Positions 1 to 14,225 of a DNA stretch of 64,000 nt are shown piece after piece. The DNA is from Octopus vulgaris (lineage: Eukaryota). The position numbers and the translations under genes are program-made. Under the pieces are notes generated by a model that searched no databases, had not been told where the DNA came from, and saw only the letters and a list, made by a program, of their open reading frames with translations. The stretch lies in assembly GCA_951406725.2 (NCBI GenBank), contig OX597816.1:105586001-105650000 (forward strand). The letters run 5' to 3'. The stretch's first letter is position 1; the number at the start of each line of letters is the position of its first letter.

Positions 1-1009
1 GATATCCGTGAAAAAGAGCAGAAATACATTTAGCCTGTAAAATTATATTCGGTAAGGCAACACTTTAAGATAGAACTCTGGAATTTATTTGGAAAGTATC
101 ATACAGATAACAGTAAGATTTGTTGATCAATGTTTTCTAATAAAAATGGCCCTTTCAGATAAGTGTTCATTAATTGATGCTAACTCAAATCGATAAGTTA
201 CTCAGTATTTATAAATGTTTATCTCAATCTAACACCATTCACTGTCTCATAGCACTGGCGGAAAATGGATTAGGTTATTCTCAGAAATCAAAATATTTTA
301 TTCAGCTTTCTGTTAATACACTCTGAGTGTTATTTTGAGTTGTGTGTTGGGGAATATGAGATAAAACTGCTTAAAATTTGTGTTTCTGATCATTTGACCG
401 TTGCTTTATTTTTTGTTTACCAACAATATATTGCTATAGATAAGAACTAAGCTTCAGATTCATGTAATATTAATGAATTTAAATGATTTCAATAAAAATG
501 AAGTGTTGACTTCAAAGCAGTATGGAAAATTCACATTGTGATACACAAGATTAATGATATGTTTCTGCTTTGCTTATGATTAAAATGTCATGGGTTCAAT
601 TTCAAGCAGCACTTTGTGTCTTTGAGTAAGGCACATCATTTTATGTTACTCCACTGTACTCAGCTGAAAATGAGTACCAGTTGACTGTTAGTGCAGCTCT
701 CTCTCCTCCAGCTGTCACATTTTTGATTTTCCACTGGGAGAGCTAAGAAATAGTTCATGCTTACTCATAGCTACATAGGCACCTAAAACAATTCATGAAA
801 GCATGGTACATGCTTTAAGGTTACACTTGCATGAAAGTGACAGCTGTACTTTTCAATCATCATCATTTTAACGATAATTTCAGGTGTAAAATTTTTTAAA
901 AATTGAATATATAATAATCTTCAAAAACTTCTTTTAAAAATATTTATTTTTAACAAACTGTTTCAATGTTAAATAGAACAACTTATAGTATTTTATAACT
1001 GTTTTCGCA

Positions 1010-2920
1010 GAGGAGTTCAAGACTAGCTGTCCATGGGGACTTCTGTATACAGATGAACTAATTCTTATAGATGAATCTGTGGAAGATTTAGAGAAGTAAT
1101 TCCAGATATGGAAACAAAATCTAGAATTGAGGAACCTCAGAATAAACTTAACATAGACCAAAGTATTAGCAGGTTGGAAAAAATTTAGAATCTTTCTTTC
1201 ATCAAGGCAAGGCTATGCTTAGTATGCAGAAAAGATGTAGCCATTCTATTTGATGTATCCAGTGTTAAGTATGGAAGCACAAGGAATGTAGTGATAACAG
1301 GTTGGTGGAAAAGGTAGTCTTTGTATGTGATAGATGCAAAGAATCAGGTGGCCGAAGATTATACATGAAATGCTCGGAAGATTCCCCAGAAGTAGCTGAC
1401 TGCTTTTATTACTTAGGTGGCCAAATTAGAAGTGAATATGGGTTTTCTGAAAGCATAGAAGCTTGAGTAAGAACAGAATGGAAAAAGTTAAGGAACTATT
1501 ACTTTTGCAAGTAAAAAAAGGTTTCTCTCTCAGAGTGAAAGACAGATTGTATGATGCTTGTATACAAAGTAGTTACAGAGAAGAGAGTACCTTGAATATG
1601 GAAGATTTGCAAAATTATGAAGTAAGCATGCTCTACTGAATGTGTATATCAGTTTTTTTAAAAGGTGAAGCACAAATGAAGTGAGAGAAAAGCATGATTT
1701 CTCTGAAATCATATGCAGTGTGAAAAGAGAAGACAGTGCTGGTATGCTCAAGTAATGCATATGAGGGATATCTGTTGTGTAAAGAAGTGCTGTAATCTTG
1801 CAGCTGTGGGAGAGGGAGATCCAGGAATACATGGGACAAAGTGGCAAAGGCAGATCTCAAGATGATAAATCTCACCAAAGATAAAGAACTGAAATAGGAA
1901 ATCTGCATACTTGATATTATGACAAAATAGATATTGTGGTTTAGATGCAAAATATCAACCTCTGGGTTTTTCATCTACTATATTCCTGTTGACATTTCAT
2001 CTACTACACTCCACCTTGATTACTCTCTCATTTTCCACTCACCCACTTTCTTCTTCACTCTTCTATGTTACTTAAGTAATTAGAGGCAGCATTGGATTTA
2101 TACCAGACTCTATAACCACTCTTTATCACTCTATCATTGTTCTATCATCCCAGCATCTGTAATAAAGGATGGTATCAGATCTGTTCATATGCAGAACCCC
2201 CAGCCATCAGTGTTCTTCACTGCTAGTGAACATCCTCTTTTCTACATGCCAAGGTTCACTGTCACTCACACCTCTCTCGTACAATTACCTGTCTTTCTTG
2301 CTTTCTGTCATACCATTTTCTCTTATTATCAGCCATTTATATTTTCATCCTCTAATTCTTCACTCCTTTATATATTTCTTCCTCCTATCACTGTTTATTG
2401 ACACATATCACTTTCATTTCTCCCCTTCTTCACCACATTTTCTTACCTATCACTCCTTCTTCTCTCATAATGTTGTTCATAATGATTTTTTTTCATAGTG
2501 CTTTTTTATTCAATCTCTTTACCAAAAATCAACATGTAGCTGCCTATCATACTCTCCCTTCCATTACTCCCTCTCCTACTATTCTGTCATTCTTATTCCT
2601 GTGTTTCTCTAAATTGCTCACACCCACACTCTCTTCTTTTATTCTTTTGCCAAGGTTCTTAATCATCACTCTGCTATCCACCCTCTTGGACCTACTCAAC
2701 TTGAATGAACAGTGAAGAGAAAATGTAAACAACATTCTAGTCTTACAAAAACAAGACAACTTTTTTTAATGCAGGAGCATAAAACATACCCAGCACACTA
2801 AAGTGGATGGTAAATGAACAGAGACAACATAATTTAGTCTTGCTAAAGGCATTATAACATCTTCAGAGTTAGTGTCATGGTAAAATGCACCTAGTACACT
2901 CTGTGAAGTGGTGATGATGA
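1010..2920 (+). mobile_element. Old RTE-clade LINE, 3' part (decayed RT C-terminus plus long pyrimidine-rich 3' UTR)
   Basis: Broken frames read CPWGLLYTDELILIDESVEDLEK*FQIWKQ, homologous to 47140-47260. Ends near 2900-2920 with an RTE-type tail and GATGATGA. Confidence 0.65.
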
Positions 2921-3009
2921 TTTTTTAGTTGAATATGGTTATATAATAAATGTCCAACTTTTATCTTGTGGGGGATTTTTATTTTGTTTGTTACTAGAAG
3001 CCATTTAAT

Positions 3010-3400
3010 AAAATGTCTGGATATGCAAATAAATACAGATTTCAAGAAGCACTATCAGGCAAAGAGTTGAAAGTTATATGTATTATTCAGATAATAATGT
3101 TCCTGCATGCTTGATCTCTACAAGCAACAAGCATTTTTTTTTCTTAGTCATCTTATTTTATGATACTTTGAAGCAACATTCTTTGAGTACAAAAAGCTAA
3201 AGAAAATATCTTCTGAACTAAAACTAGCTTCTCTTTTTGGTAAACAGTATGAAAACCTTACCAATTCAAAGACATTATTTTCTTCATAACAATACTGACA
3301 TTTTCAAACCAGTTTATAAGGCAGCAGATTACATAAGAGAATTATTGTTTGTTTCACTGCTGATGATGATCAAAGAAGAATTCAAAAGATTCTATCATAT
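3010..3400 (+). mobile_element. Possible highly decayed hAT (GTF2IRD2/SPIN-like) transposase N-terminal fragment
   Basis: Fragmentary frames (RFQE..ESYMYYSDNNVPACLI..) resemble the zinc-finger N-terminus of such transposases. Many stops and frameshifts. Confidence 0.3.
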
Positions 3401-5389
3401 AAATGACTAAGCTTTTGTAACAAATATTTTTTACCTAAAGTTTACAGAACCAAAGCAATATGAAGCTTTTGAGTCTAATCTTGAATTCAAAGAACAAAAT
3501 ATCAAAATCAATAATCAATTTTGAGAAAGGATAAAGATTTTATGACTGAATAAATTTGAAACAATTTCATGATATCAAAGTTGAATATTCTTTAAAGGAT
3601 TATAAACTTTGTTAGATGAATATTATCATTGTTTTTGGAAGCTATTATATTTGATAATTTTTCTTGATTACTTGTAATATTTTCTTGTTTTTTCCATTTG
3701 CTTCATTTCTCCATACAAAAATTAATACATTTAATTTACATACAGTTCTACTAAATAAATTCAAATTTAATTTAATTCTCAAATTGTTATTCATTTATAG
3801 ATTCCTTTCTGGTTAACTGTATTTTTAACAAGTAATCTAATATCTTTGAAGAGATATATCCTTGAACAGTAAAAGAATTGATACTGTTATTCTATTGAGA
3901 TGATGAAAATGTATATTTAAGCAATGATATTGGAAGAGAAGTAATCCAGGATTATATTACTGGAAGAGATTTTAAATGTTATCATTTGCAATATTATAAA
4001 ATCAGTTTTGCCTCTGTTTGAGGATGTGTATGAAAAAAGAAAGAAAAAAAAAGAAAAGATAATAGCTTGCAAAAGAGACCGAAGGAGAGATGAAGCAGTG
4101 AGAAAGTTGAAGATTGTGCAAGAAGCATGTTTATAACTAAAGTGAGAGAGGGAAAAATGAAGCACAAACAAGAGAAGTAGTTAGGGAATGGAAAGGTGGG
4201 TAAGAAGCAAACCACACAAAAGAATGAGAGAGATGGCTAATGAGAAATAGAAAGTTATAGGAGCTGATACTGAGTGTAACATCTAAAGAGAAGAAGGGTG
4301 AGAGGGGGTAGTTTGAAAAAGGTAGAACCATGGTTAATGTGAAAAAGGAAGCAATGAAAGTTGTCATTAATAAAGATTTATTAATATATTTATGTAGAAT
4401 TTGTTTAGTTGTTGTCATTAATTTTTTACAAATAGATTAGCTGTCTGTTCAAACTGAATCAGCAACAGTAAACCAGATATAGACATAATATTAGTTTTAT
4501 TTGTTTTGTTCTTCTGTTTATATGGGATGCCATGGTTGTAATTTTATGACATGTATAATATTATGTGTACATTACAGTCAAATATGACCTCATAACTCTA
4601 GTGCTATGAAGGTAGCAGTGTTAGCATTAAGCTTATTATTCTGATTGAAAAATACCATGTTAGCAATAGCTAAATTCAGACTTGTATTCAACTCATGCTA
4701 GAAGAATTGTTCACAACAATAGCTACATCTGTTTTGTGATTTTACTTGTGTGCGTGCGCATGTATGTGTGAGTGTGCACATGCGTATATACATATATATA
4801 TATATATATATATACATGTGTGTATGTATGTGTTTGCACATACATATATATGCTTGATAGTTTGAAACAATACAGCTAGAAGCACATCCCAGTAATCTTA
4901 TACTACAGATAAGTTGTCAATGCAACAATTGGTTGAATAGCAGGAAAGATGATGCAACAAATGTCAACAAAAATGGCTGGAGCCTACATTTAGCTGTGAA
5001 GACAACAGTACAAAATAATAGGTGATATTCAACAGACTGATGGCCACAAAATTTGAGTTTGTCCAATGAAGTGGAGACAGGTTACCAGGAAATGCAGAAC
5101 CATAATTATTTATATAATCAATCATAGAAAAATTTGCTTCAGCAGAAAAAAAAAAACAAATAAATTGATGTTGCATATGTTACTAGGTAATTAGTGACAT
5201 GATATTACCATAACATTTCAGTCAATAATGAAGTAAACTGGCTTCTACAGGTCTTGGTTTAAATTTCCAAGCAGAATAAATATATAAATAAAATTTGCCA
5301 TGTTTAACAAATTAGTACATAATGTTAAAGTCATTAAACTTTTCCCTAGGGTCATGAAAAAAAGGTGAAAAATTAAAACTATAACTCAC

Positions 5390-5627
5390 AGGGTCCATCT
5401 TCATCTTCCTCACCACACCCAGCAGGAGTGAAGTTAGGGTCGCGTGATAAAGCTTGTGTATCTCCAAGAAGCTCTGTCACCGTGACAGTCATTTGTCTTG
5501 GTTGAAGATGTAGTAAACTGGTTTTATAGAGCACTTGACCCAAGTCTTCAGGCAATGAGTGGGCCACACCCAAAATTCCAAATTTTGTACCCCAGATATT
5601 TGATGAAACCTGTACAAGGCGGTTATT
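5390..5627 (-). CDS. TULP4: TULP4 internal coding exon, 238 bp, phase 0/1
   Basis: ttttccag|AAT acceptor and T|gtgag donor. [47 protein letters not shown] matches TULP4 [11 protein letters not shown]...[14 protein letters not shown], followed by the acidic EEDED stretch. Confidence 0.95.
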
Positions 5628-6427
5628 CTGGAAAAACAACAAAAGAATCAAAACTTGTCATGAATGGAGATAATTAATGCAGTCATATAAGTATCATTTT
5701 TAACTGATTAGTTGCAAATTAATAGAAATTAATTGAATATAGAAGATACGCATATATCAGAAAACATTTTAAAACAGCCTAGGAAAACAAGCTGGGCTAA
5801 GTTCCATTTCACTGAAACCAAAATTTAGTAAAATTCAAATATTCTTTCGTTTTTTTTTAATTAAACCATAAAAAATTAATACTGAAAACAAATGTAAGTG
5901 TTGCTGTTGTTCAGTTGTCAACTCCCATGGAGCAGATAAATGTTCAAAGGCATTCAAGCCATGACTATGTTTTTGTTTATTCTTATGAAGGCATTAGCCA
6001 GTGTGTTTATTCTTTTTGTAAGACTGGAAGATGCAATTTGAAGTAGATATGCTTGCTATTTGTAGCAATTTGAGAGACTGCACAGAGGCTCTTCCATGAG
6101 CCTGTGTCAGAGGATTAATATATGTTTGCAAGGAGCATGTGTGTGTGAAATAGAAATAATGGGTTACTTTACACATTTGTTTATTTCTGCTTTTTTTATG
6201 TATCACTCTGTAAAAACATACTATCTTAACTGGGTAATGCAACCACAGATTTACAAATTTGACTGGTGATGGACTTTGACTTTGGCTTTCAACCTCAGAT
6301 TACCTGGAGTACAATACAGATCACAAGACTTTTTTTGTTAACCTGGTGTATTTTATCTGCAGAGAGATTAAGAAGCCTGGATTACTATTCCTTGTTAATC
6401 CCTCTTTGTTTTGATATGTGTGTGCAT

Positions 6428-6442
6428 CTATCTATCTATCTA

Positions 6443-6501
<59 letters not shown>

Positions 6502-6525
6502 GCTTGTCTGTCTGCTTGTCTGTCT
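6428..6525. repeat. (TCTA)n(TCTG)n microsatellite
   Basis: Direct reading. Confidence 0.95.
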
Positions 6526-6959
6526 ATCTCTCACTCTAGATATATATATATAGAGATGCATACTTTATTATTAAAGCTGAAAAAACATCACAAAAAAATC
6601 ACAAAAAAACTGCTACTCAGAGTTTCATATTCCTGTTTGTCAGGCAGATGTGATCCAGACTCTGAATCATATCTGCCTAACGAATGGGAGGTTTATCTTT
6701 GGCTAGGTATGAAAATAACAAGTAGAATGAAATAAAAAAGGGAAATATGGTGTTTGAAAAAAATAATAAAATGGCAAAAAACTAAGAAAGTTAGAAAGAG
6801 TGGGGGAAAAAGTAATAAAACGAATGTTGAGGACCTAATTGAAGTATTAATTCTAATAGACCAAAATGTATTTCTTAAAGAAATGCATAAATTATCCAGC
6901 CATGAAAGATCAAAAAATAGAGATAAATAACCAAAGTATGATGAGTGAAAATAGAAGTG

Positions 6960-8118
6960 TTCCCTATAAAAGAGGTACCTTGGGAATGATGAAAGATTTA
7001 CATAGCTCAAACCCAAGACCTATGTGTCCTCAATGAGGCAATGAAAATATGCAATACAAATATTAGAGGAACTAGGAAGCTGTACACAAGGCACAATGCA
7101 GACCATCCTGAAGGTTATACCAACGGACTCTACCTAACAAGAATGGATGGAGGCAGAAGATTGCAAAATATAGAAGACACTGTTAGTACTGTGATACTGG
7201 GGTTGAAAAATTATGTTGTGTGTAGTGAAGAAAGAATACTATCAGTGGTTAGAACTGTCCAAAATGTTACTGAAACAAACAAAAATTCAAGAATAGAAGG
7301 ATGAATAGAGTAAGCAGATGGAAAGAAATTGAAATACATGGCCAATTCATACAACAAACTGGGGGTGCTGGAAGTAAACAATACTAGCCATGGCTGATGG
7401 ATGAAAACCTGAAACAAGAAACTGAAACACTAATTATAGTAACTCAGGAAGAAGTCGTTATGATGAATCTCATAAACACAAAGATCAACAAAATTCAGAG
7501 AGCAAATGTAGAATCTGAAGGAAAAGGGATTAACAAACTAATCATCTCTTGAGTGAGTGCAATAAGTTAGCACAAAAAGAATATAAGCACATACATGACA
7601 GCATTGAGATATCAGCAAAGTGTGTGGCTTCAGAATAATGGAAAAGTGATATGAACATAAACCAGAGGCTGTAATAGAAAATAAGGATTACAGGATTTTT
7701 ATGGGACTTCTCCATAAAAATTGAACTTACTATTAAAGACTAGATATGATTATAGGGAACAAAAGAAACAAACAGCGTAAGATCACAGACTTTGCAATAC
7801 AATATGATGAGAGTGGATACCAAAGAAACTGAAAAAAAATTGAGACCTATCCAGTGAGATAAAGAGATTGTGGAAAACTAAAGCAACAGTTATTTCTGCT
7901 GTAATTAGTGCTTTTGCCACATCATCCAAACTAATATCTAAGAGTCTGAAAGATATTAGAACTGAAACTTGCATTCTCGACCTTCAGAGAAGTACAATGA
8001 TATACCCTGCAAGAATCTTAAGAAAGATTCTTGTATTTGAAGAGACTTGCTATCACCAAGTCTAAAGACAATGTCCCTACTAAACAAATTAGCTTGTGAC
8101 AGCTTTGGAATAATAATC
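6960..8118 (+). mobile_element. R4/Dong-clade (RLE-type) non-LTR retrotransposon, decayed 3' fragment
   Basis: GLYLTRMDGGRRLQNIED; HGQF; CCHC-knuckle remnant (KCRI...NHLLSECNKLAQKEYKH); HKPEAVIENKDYR...DF; C-terminal ARILRKIL; short (TAA)n tail at about 8110. Confidence 0.75.
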
Positions 8119-8312
8119 CTTTCTGATTTAGGTACAAAGCCTGAAACTTTAGAGGAGGAGGCTAGTTGATTATATCGACCCCAGTGCCTGATTGGTATTT
8201 ATTTTACTAATCCAAAGACAACTTTGGTGGAATTTGAACTTAGAAAGAAAAGATAGACATAATGCTACTAAGCATTCAGTCCAGTTTGCTAATGATTCTG
8301 CCAGCTCACTGA
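8118..8312 (-). mobile_element. tRNA-derived SINE, family B (head ggtgagctggcagaatc)
   Basis: Reverse complement matches the copies at 54469, 54709, 42322 and 57936. Followed by (GAT)n at 8313-8345. Confidence 0.7.
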
Positions 8313-8346
<34 letters not shown>

Positions 8347-8817
8347 CTAACTTTGACACATGGTCACACATTTTTAGTGGAAGGAATGTTGTTGATTATA
8401 TTAATCCCAGTACTTGTGTGCTATCTTACAAACTCTTGAATGATAAAAGGCAAAGTCAACCCCAGCAGTATTTGAACTTACAATATAAGGAAAATGTAGC
8501 TAACAATGCAAAGCATTTTCTCTGGCACATTACTAATTCTGCCACACTGAAAGAAGAACATAACCATAGTGCTGTAATCCTGTTGGCTTCTCATTCAGTT
8601 GAAGCATATAGTATGTGAGGTTTTAGTAATCTGACAGAATGACCTCATCTGTGATATAATTCTATGCAAAGAATACAAAGAAACTCAAATAGAGATTCCA
8701 TCTAAATTTCATCCAATTTGGTGCTTGCAGTCATGGAAACAAGTTCAATTCTTTTCATTGTATTATTTAAAAAGTTATAAGATTTCACTGACAACAAACA
8801 TAAGATAAGGATATATA

Positions 8818-8849
<32 letters not shown>

Positions 8850-8850
<1 letters not shown>

Positions 8851-9050
8851 TTGTTAATAAAAAAATGGAGAAAAACAAACAATGTGAGGATGTGATACAT
8901 GCAAAGCATTAAGAAAACACTTAGGAAAGGAAAGAAAGGGTGTTTTACATTTTGAGCAAAGCTCTTCTTCAGAAACAAGAGACAGAGGAAAGTCCAAGAG
9001 AAAAAGAAGACAGAGGAAAGAAATCACCAACAATCCACATGTAGACACGC
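8850..9050 (-). mobile_element. Penelope-like terminal repeat fragment with decayed hammerhead-like motif
   Basis: Inverted homologue of 22840-23052. Motif TTTCTGAAGAAGAGCTTTGCTCAAAATGTAAAA. Confidence 0.55.
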
Positions 9051-9206
9051 ACATATATATACACATACAAACACACACACACACAACAGATGCAGACACA
9101 CATACACACGCACATATATTCTCACGCATACATATATATACTTTATTATAAAATCTCTACAAATTTCTTCTATAATTTGAATTGCTGTATGCTTATTAGA
9201 TGAGAG

Positions 9207-9260
<54 letters not shown>

Positions 9261-11559
9261 ACAGACAGACAGAAGGAGTGGGAGGGTGTATGTCTGCACA
9301 AGTAAATATTTTCCTATATTTTCTTTTCGCCTTCCAAAATCTTTGACATTCATAATTACAGATTGACTTTTAGCTTTAAGATCAATTTCTTGATTTAAAA
9401 CTAGGTCTATATCTGAATTTAGTTAATATGTGTGTCAATATGATAATCAGGTTCTTCATAAGAGTTTTGGGAATCATCAATGGTAAAATGGAATTAGAAA
9501 TTTTTTTTTATTTAAAATATGCTTGATAACATCCATGCTGTGAGAAGCTTCGAATATCAAACAGAATATTAATGAGTTGATTTGCTATTTTGCTGAAGGT
9601 AAAGTGAATTGGTATTCACCTATTTACATTTTTCTTTAGTGGTAAGGATGAGATAGAAACAGAAATTTTATATAGATTATAAGTATCTCATAATTTATTC
9701 ACATATTTATAGATTTAACTATTTTAAGCAGGTACAAGCAAGACATTTTTACTTATATTTATTTTAAATATTTTTTTACATGAAAAAAAAAAAAAAAAAA
9801 GCTTGAAGAAATTTATTCTGTGATTCCTCATTTCACAAAAGATTAAGAAAGTCAAATATGAAAGAAAATTATTGCAAGCTAATTTATACATAAAACAGGT
9901 GTAATAAGAAAGAAAAATGAGAAAAAATGTTGACATATATTAATATCTTTTAGATCTTTCATTTATATATTTTGAGTTTGTTGATTTCACAGATTCAAAC
10001 TTCAAAACTTTTACAACTCCAATAGCAAATCACTATTAACAAGAACAACAACAAAATACAACTTGATTTAGAAGCTAACAGTATCAATATTTTAGATAAG
10101 ACTGAAGATGATTTCAAGATAATACTCTAAAAGATGACATTGGACACTTTCAAGAAAACAATTTCTGAAGTATGTGTTGGAAGAAATACATTGAGGAAGT
10201 TTTTCTTCAGCCAAAGGCTCTTCGTGTAGTCAATCCTTACTTTTAATCTCAAGTTAGTCATTTTCATTTCTCTGATTCTCGTTAATCAAAAGTGACAAAA
10301 CTGTTGAGCTACAGAACTTTTCTTTACTCAAATGATGTTAATGAAGACATGAAAAATTAATATTCACACACACACACACACAAGCTGCATAGTGACTGAA
10401 AGTTTTTAGACTAGATAAAAAAAAGAAATAACGTATCCAGTTAATTGCATCTATGTTGCGCTCAAACATTTTATCACAATTTGGTTACTCTCAATATCAA
10501 GTGCACATGGGAGAAGAAAAGCATCAATTTCTTACTTTTTACAAAAAAAAAAATTTTTTAATGAATTGTGCCCCAAAGGAACTTTGAAGAAAAAGATGTT
10601 TTGATATTTTTCTTTTAGGTTTGATTTGTCGAAGAATTAACCTCAAAATGTCAGCTTCCTCTTTATTTTCTATAGATTCAAATTCACTGCTATTTTGACA
10701 TTTAAACAATAAAAATTGAGAACGAGGAGATGAGGAACCCCTCTTATTAAGTTATTCTAGCTAGCTAAGCATGTCACTAATTCTTTTATGATCCACTCTG
10801 AAGTATTAAGCATCCATGCAAACATTATCAAAATGTCTTGAAATATTTTTTAATCCTTTGTATGACAAATTACTCTTGGCAACATTTGTGGTTACTTTCA
10901 AACTACTTTAAGCTGCTATAACATAAAAATCAAATAAAAAACATATGTATGCCTACATAACATTTTCAATTCACTACCACAGAGTATATTTGTTATATAA
11001 CATTTTTACATTCATTACCACTCAACTTACCTGCTATTTAGCAAAATGTCTTACAACTGTTTCTTTCAAATTGAAATTTCACAAACTATTTTCTGTTTTA
11101 TGTTCACTTGTCAATTTTCATTTATCTTAACATTCATTTAGTAAGACACATTTTTTTTAATAGAAATACATTCATCTCAAAACAATTTAAAATTATATTA
11201 TCAATAAGAAATTGCTTTCTTAAGAGTTTGTATGGATTTAGATATGAATAAAATTAACTTGTATATAACTTGTGCATGCTTTGAAATTTTTAAAGAATAT
11301 ATAAATATATATTTGTAAGTTGCACTTCTTTGGCAAGTGATTGGATGTGAATTTAGCTGTGAAACTAACACTACCACATCAGAGTAGAAGGATATTCTCA
11401 TTTAGAATACTGAACTCACTCGGTTTTTTTTCTTTCTATGTCTCTTTCTCCTATAAACTTGCACAGCCATGTGTGTATAGGTTGGTTGGCAAAAGTGGGG
11501 AAAAGAAAATTGAACTGGCAACTGACAAAGACTTCTGATGCATTCAAAAAGTTATCCAA

Positions 11560-12960
11560 GGTTTGGCAAAGCAAGAAATCTCTAATTTGTGACATATGGT
11601 TTTCTCAATTTTAGAATATTATCTTATTTAAGAATAAGAATATGTGGAGGTATACCTGAAGGCTCCAAGGAATTCAAAAATTTAGTGGGATAAAACCAAT
11701 CTAGATCTCCATTGTGGACTTCTAGGCCTGGGAAGACCTGGTTCTGAAGACTCTGGATAGTACTGGCTATTGTGCAAATGTTACTTATGTCAACATCTTC
11801 ATTTCCATCTTCTGGAACTTCACTATTGCCAAGAAGGAGAATGTCCCTCGCAAAATCTTCTGGCAATGGGTCCTTATGGAGGCACGCTCTCATGTTCGGT
11901 TCTAACTTTAAAGTAACAACATGACCTCATAGAGGTGAAGACTTAAGACACGCCATTACTTCATCCGCCCTTGTGCTTTTCGGAATCACTGGCAAGGTTT
12001 ATCTAAAGTTCCCAGATAGCAAGACAGTGACACCCCACCATCGGTTTGTGGCTTTCCGTTATGTCTTGCAAAGTTCTATCTAATGCCGCAAGGGCACCCT
12101 TGTGAGCTATTGTGCATTCATCCCAAACAATCAGGCAGCATTGTGGGAGCAATTGCCCATTGTCTGACGTCTTTGAAATGTTGCAAACAGGCGTTGGTGA
12201 ACTTGCAAGGTTAAAGGGAAGCTTAAACATAGAATGTGCAGTCCTACCACAAGGGAGCAGAGTAGCAGCTATGCCCAAAGTTGCCATAGCTATTGTGATG
12301 CACTTTTGTAGCCATACTTTTGCAAGAATTAGTCTAGTTATGAATGTTTTGCCTATCCCACCAGGAGCATTAAGGAAGAAAACACCACCTTTATGACCCT
12401 GGACTTGCTGAACGATAGTGTCATAGGTGTGCTTCTGGTCAGGTAGCAAGAGTGTCTCATTGATCTGTACATTTGCGGATAGTTCAGTAATGTCGTAAGA
12501 TGTTTCCCAAACAATCTCCAATGGGAGATCATTTGAGTTAGGCTTTGCAGCAGGGGTGAAGGCTGTAAGTGATCATTACGTCACCACCTAAAGCTAAAGT
12601 TTTGTTCTCAATCTCAATCAGTGCTAGGTTGTATATTGTATCGGTGAAACCATACTCAATTTCATTTTTACCAAATAATTAACAAAGGAGGGAATGGGTT
12701 ATTTCCCTTGGAAGCTTAAAAATAATTACGCCCACCATTCAACCGTGCCCAAATGTTGTTCTTCCACCATTTACCTGAACATTTTTTGAAATCAATTTAT
12801 ACTTAAAACCTCCCCAGACACATAAGCAATGTGCATGTGAAGTTTAAGGAAAATCAGTCAAGCAGTTTTGGTGCAAAACGAGGACATACCAATACAGACA
12901 CACACATGCACACGCGCACACACACACTCACACACATTTTCAGTTTTCATATGCAAGATA
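11560..12960 (-). mobile_element. Internally deleted Helitron with PIF1-family helicase pseudogene
   Basis: FFLNAPGGIGKT (Walker A), GIAATLLPCGRTAHSMFKLP, LIVWDEC (Walker B), ALDRTLQD, GNFR*TLPVIP, YPTKFLNSLEPSGIPPH. A Helitron-like terminal region with (CA)n lies at about 12780-12960. Confidence 0.88.
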
Positions 12961-13719
12961 TTTCCACAAGTTCATTGTTACTATTGTTTAGAAGTAAACA
13001 AAAAAAATGTATTTTGAATAAATTTATGTTCCATAGAGGAGAATATAATTTTCTATGCCTGAAGCTTTCATGTTATTGATAACATTGCATGTAACACATT
13101 TTGATGAAGGCAATACCTCAAAATTTATGTAAGACAAGATTGTATTCAGTTTTCACAGACTGCAGTCAATGAAGAGAGTCAAACTGTATGATCTACAATA
13201 TTTACATCTGTGAGGGCAAAAGTATTTGATTATTAAATTAAATCCTTCATGGTATTTAGTTGTGTTACGACACACTGAAATTGATCTTCACCAAAAGGCT
13301 GAGAAAGAAGAAACTGTTTGGTAGTGCTGCATTATGTTCTGAGTTCAAATTCCTCCTGAACATTAGCCAAATGCTGATTCATTTGTGTATATCTCTCTCT
13401 GTCTTACAAGTTCCAAACAACACTCAGCAACTACAAACCCTCAAACAAACAAGGGAACCTCAATGTAGTCAACCTGCAAGAAATAGCATCCAAATCACCC
13501 TCAAAGCACACTCTGCCATCGCTGAATAATGCCCTCCTGGACATATCCATGGAAAGAAAGGATGGTCATAAATGAGTGAAATACTTTTAGGATGGGAACA
13601 AGTGCATGCCAGAAATATTGGTCTTTCTAGTGCTACCACATCAAAACTTAGTAAACTGAGAGTGTTCAGCTTGAGTCCTTGCCTGTCCCTGTCACCAGAC
13701 CACATGTGTATATACATTT

Positions 13720-14192
13720 TACTCTTAATTGCAACAAATTGGCAAGCAAAAGGGTGGGAAAAGACATCTTTGTTTTAAATGTTGGCAATCTGGTGTTTTA
13801 GAACTGATTGTCTTAGGAATGCTAAATGTATCTCTCAAGTATCTTCACTTTGGAATTCTTTCAAATAAATCTGACTTTGTCTTCAGGAAAAATGTATTTA
13901 GTTCCCCTCCATGTGTTGTCATACTTGTGTGTTTTGGGATAAACTCCTTAACACGTTCATGTTTCAATCCTCTGCAATTTTACTTGAAGTTACAGAGAAC
14001 TGACTGTAGCTGATGTGTCTTTTGTTTTTTTCTTTTATTTTCTGCTGTTGTAGTTGTTGTTGTGGATTCTATTCTTGTTGAAGTTGATCGTGTTCTTGAT
14101 CAACTCAAGATGTAGAATGTTTTTGATCTTATTGCTCTCTTTGCAACTGCTGGTATTATTGGCTAGTTGGTTGGCTCATTTGTCTTGCCTTA

Positions 14193-14225
<33 letters not shown>

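Noticed and set aside
1-60. Possible splice sites at the window start (minus ttttacag|GCTAA; plus cg|gtaagg)
   Set aside because: All plus frames contain stops. The minus acceptor in the required phase 1 gives an immediate TAA, and there is too little context to call a terminal exon.
12003-12521. Host PIF1 helicase gene
   Set aside because: Intronless, frameshifted and internally deleted, with Helitron-type motifs; it is a TE relic.
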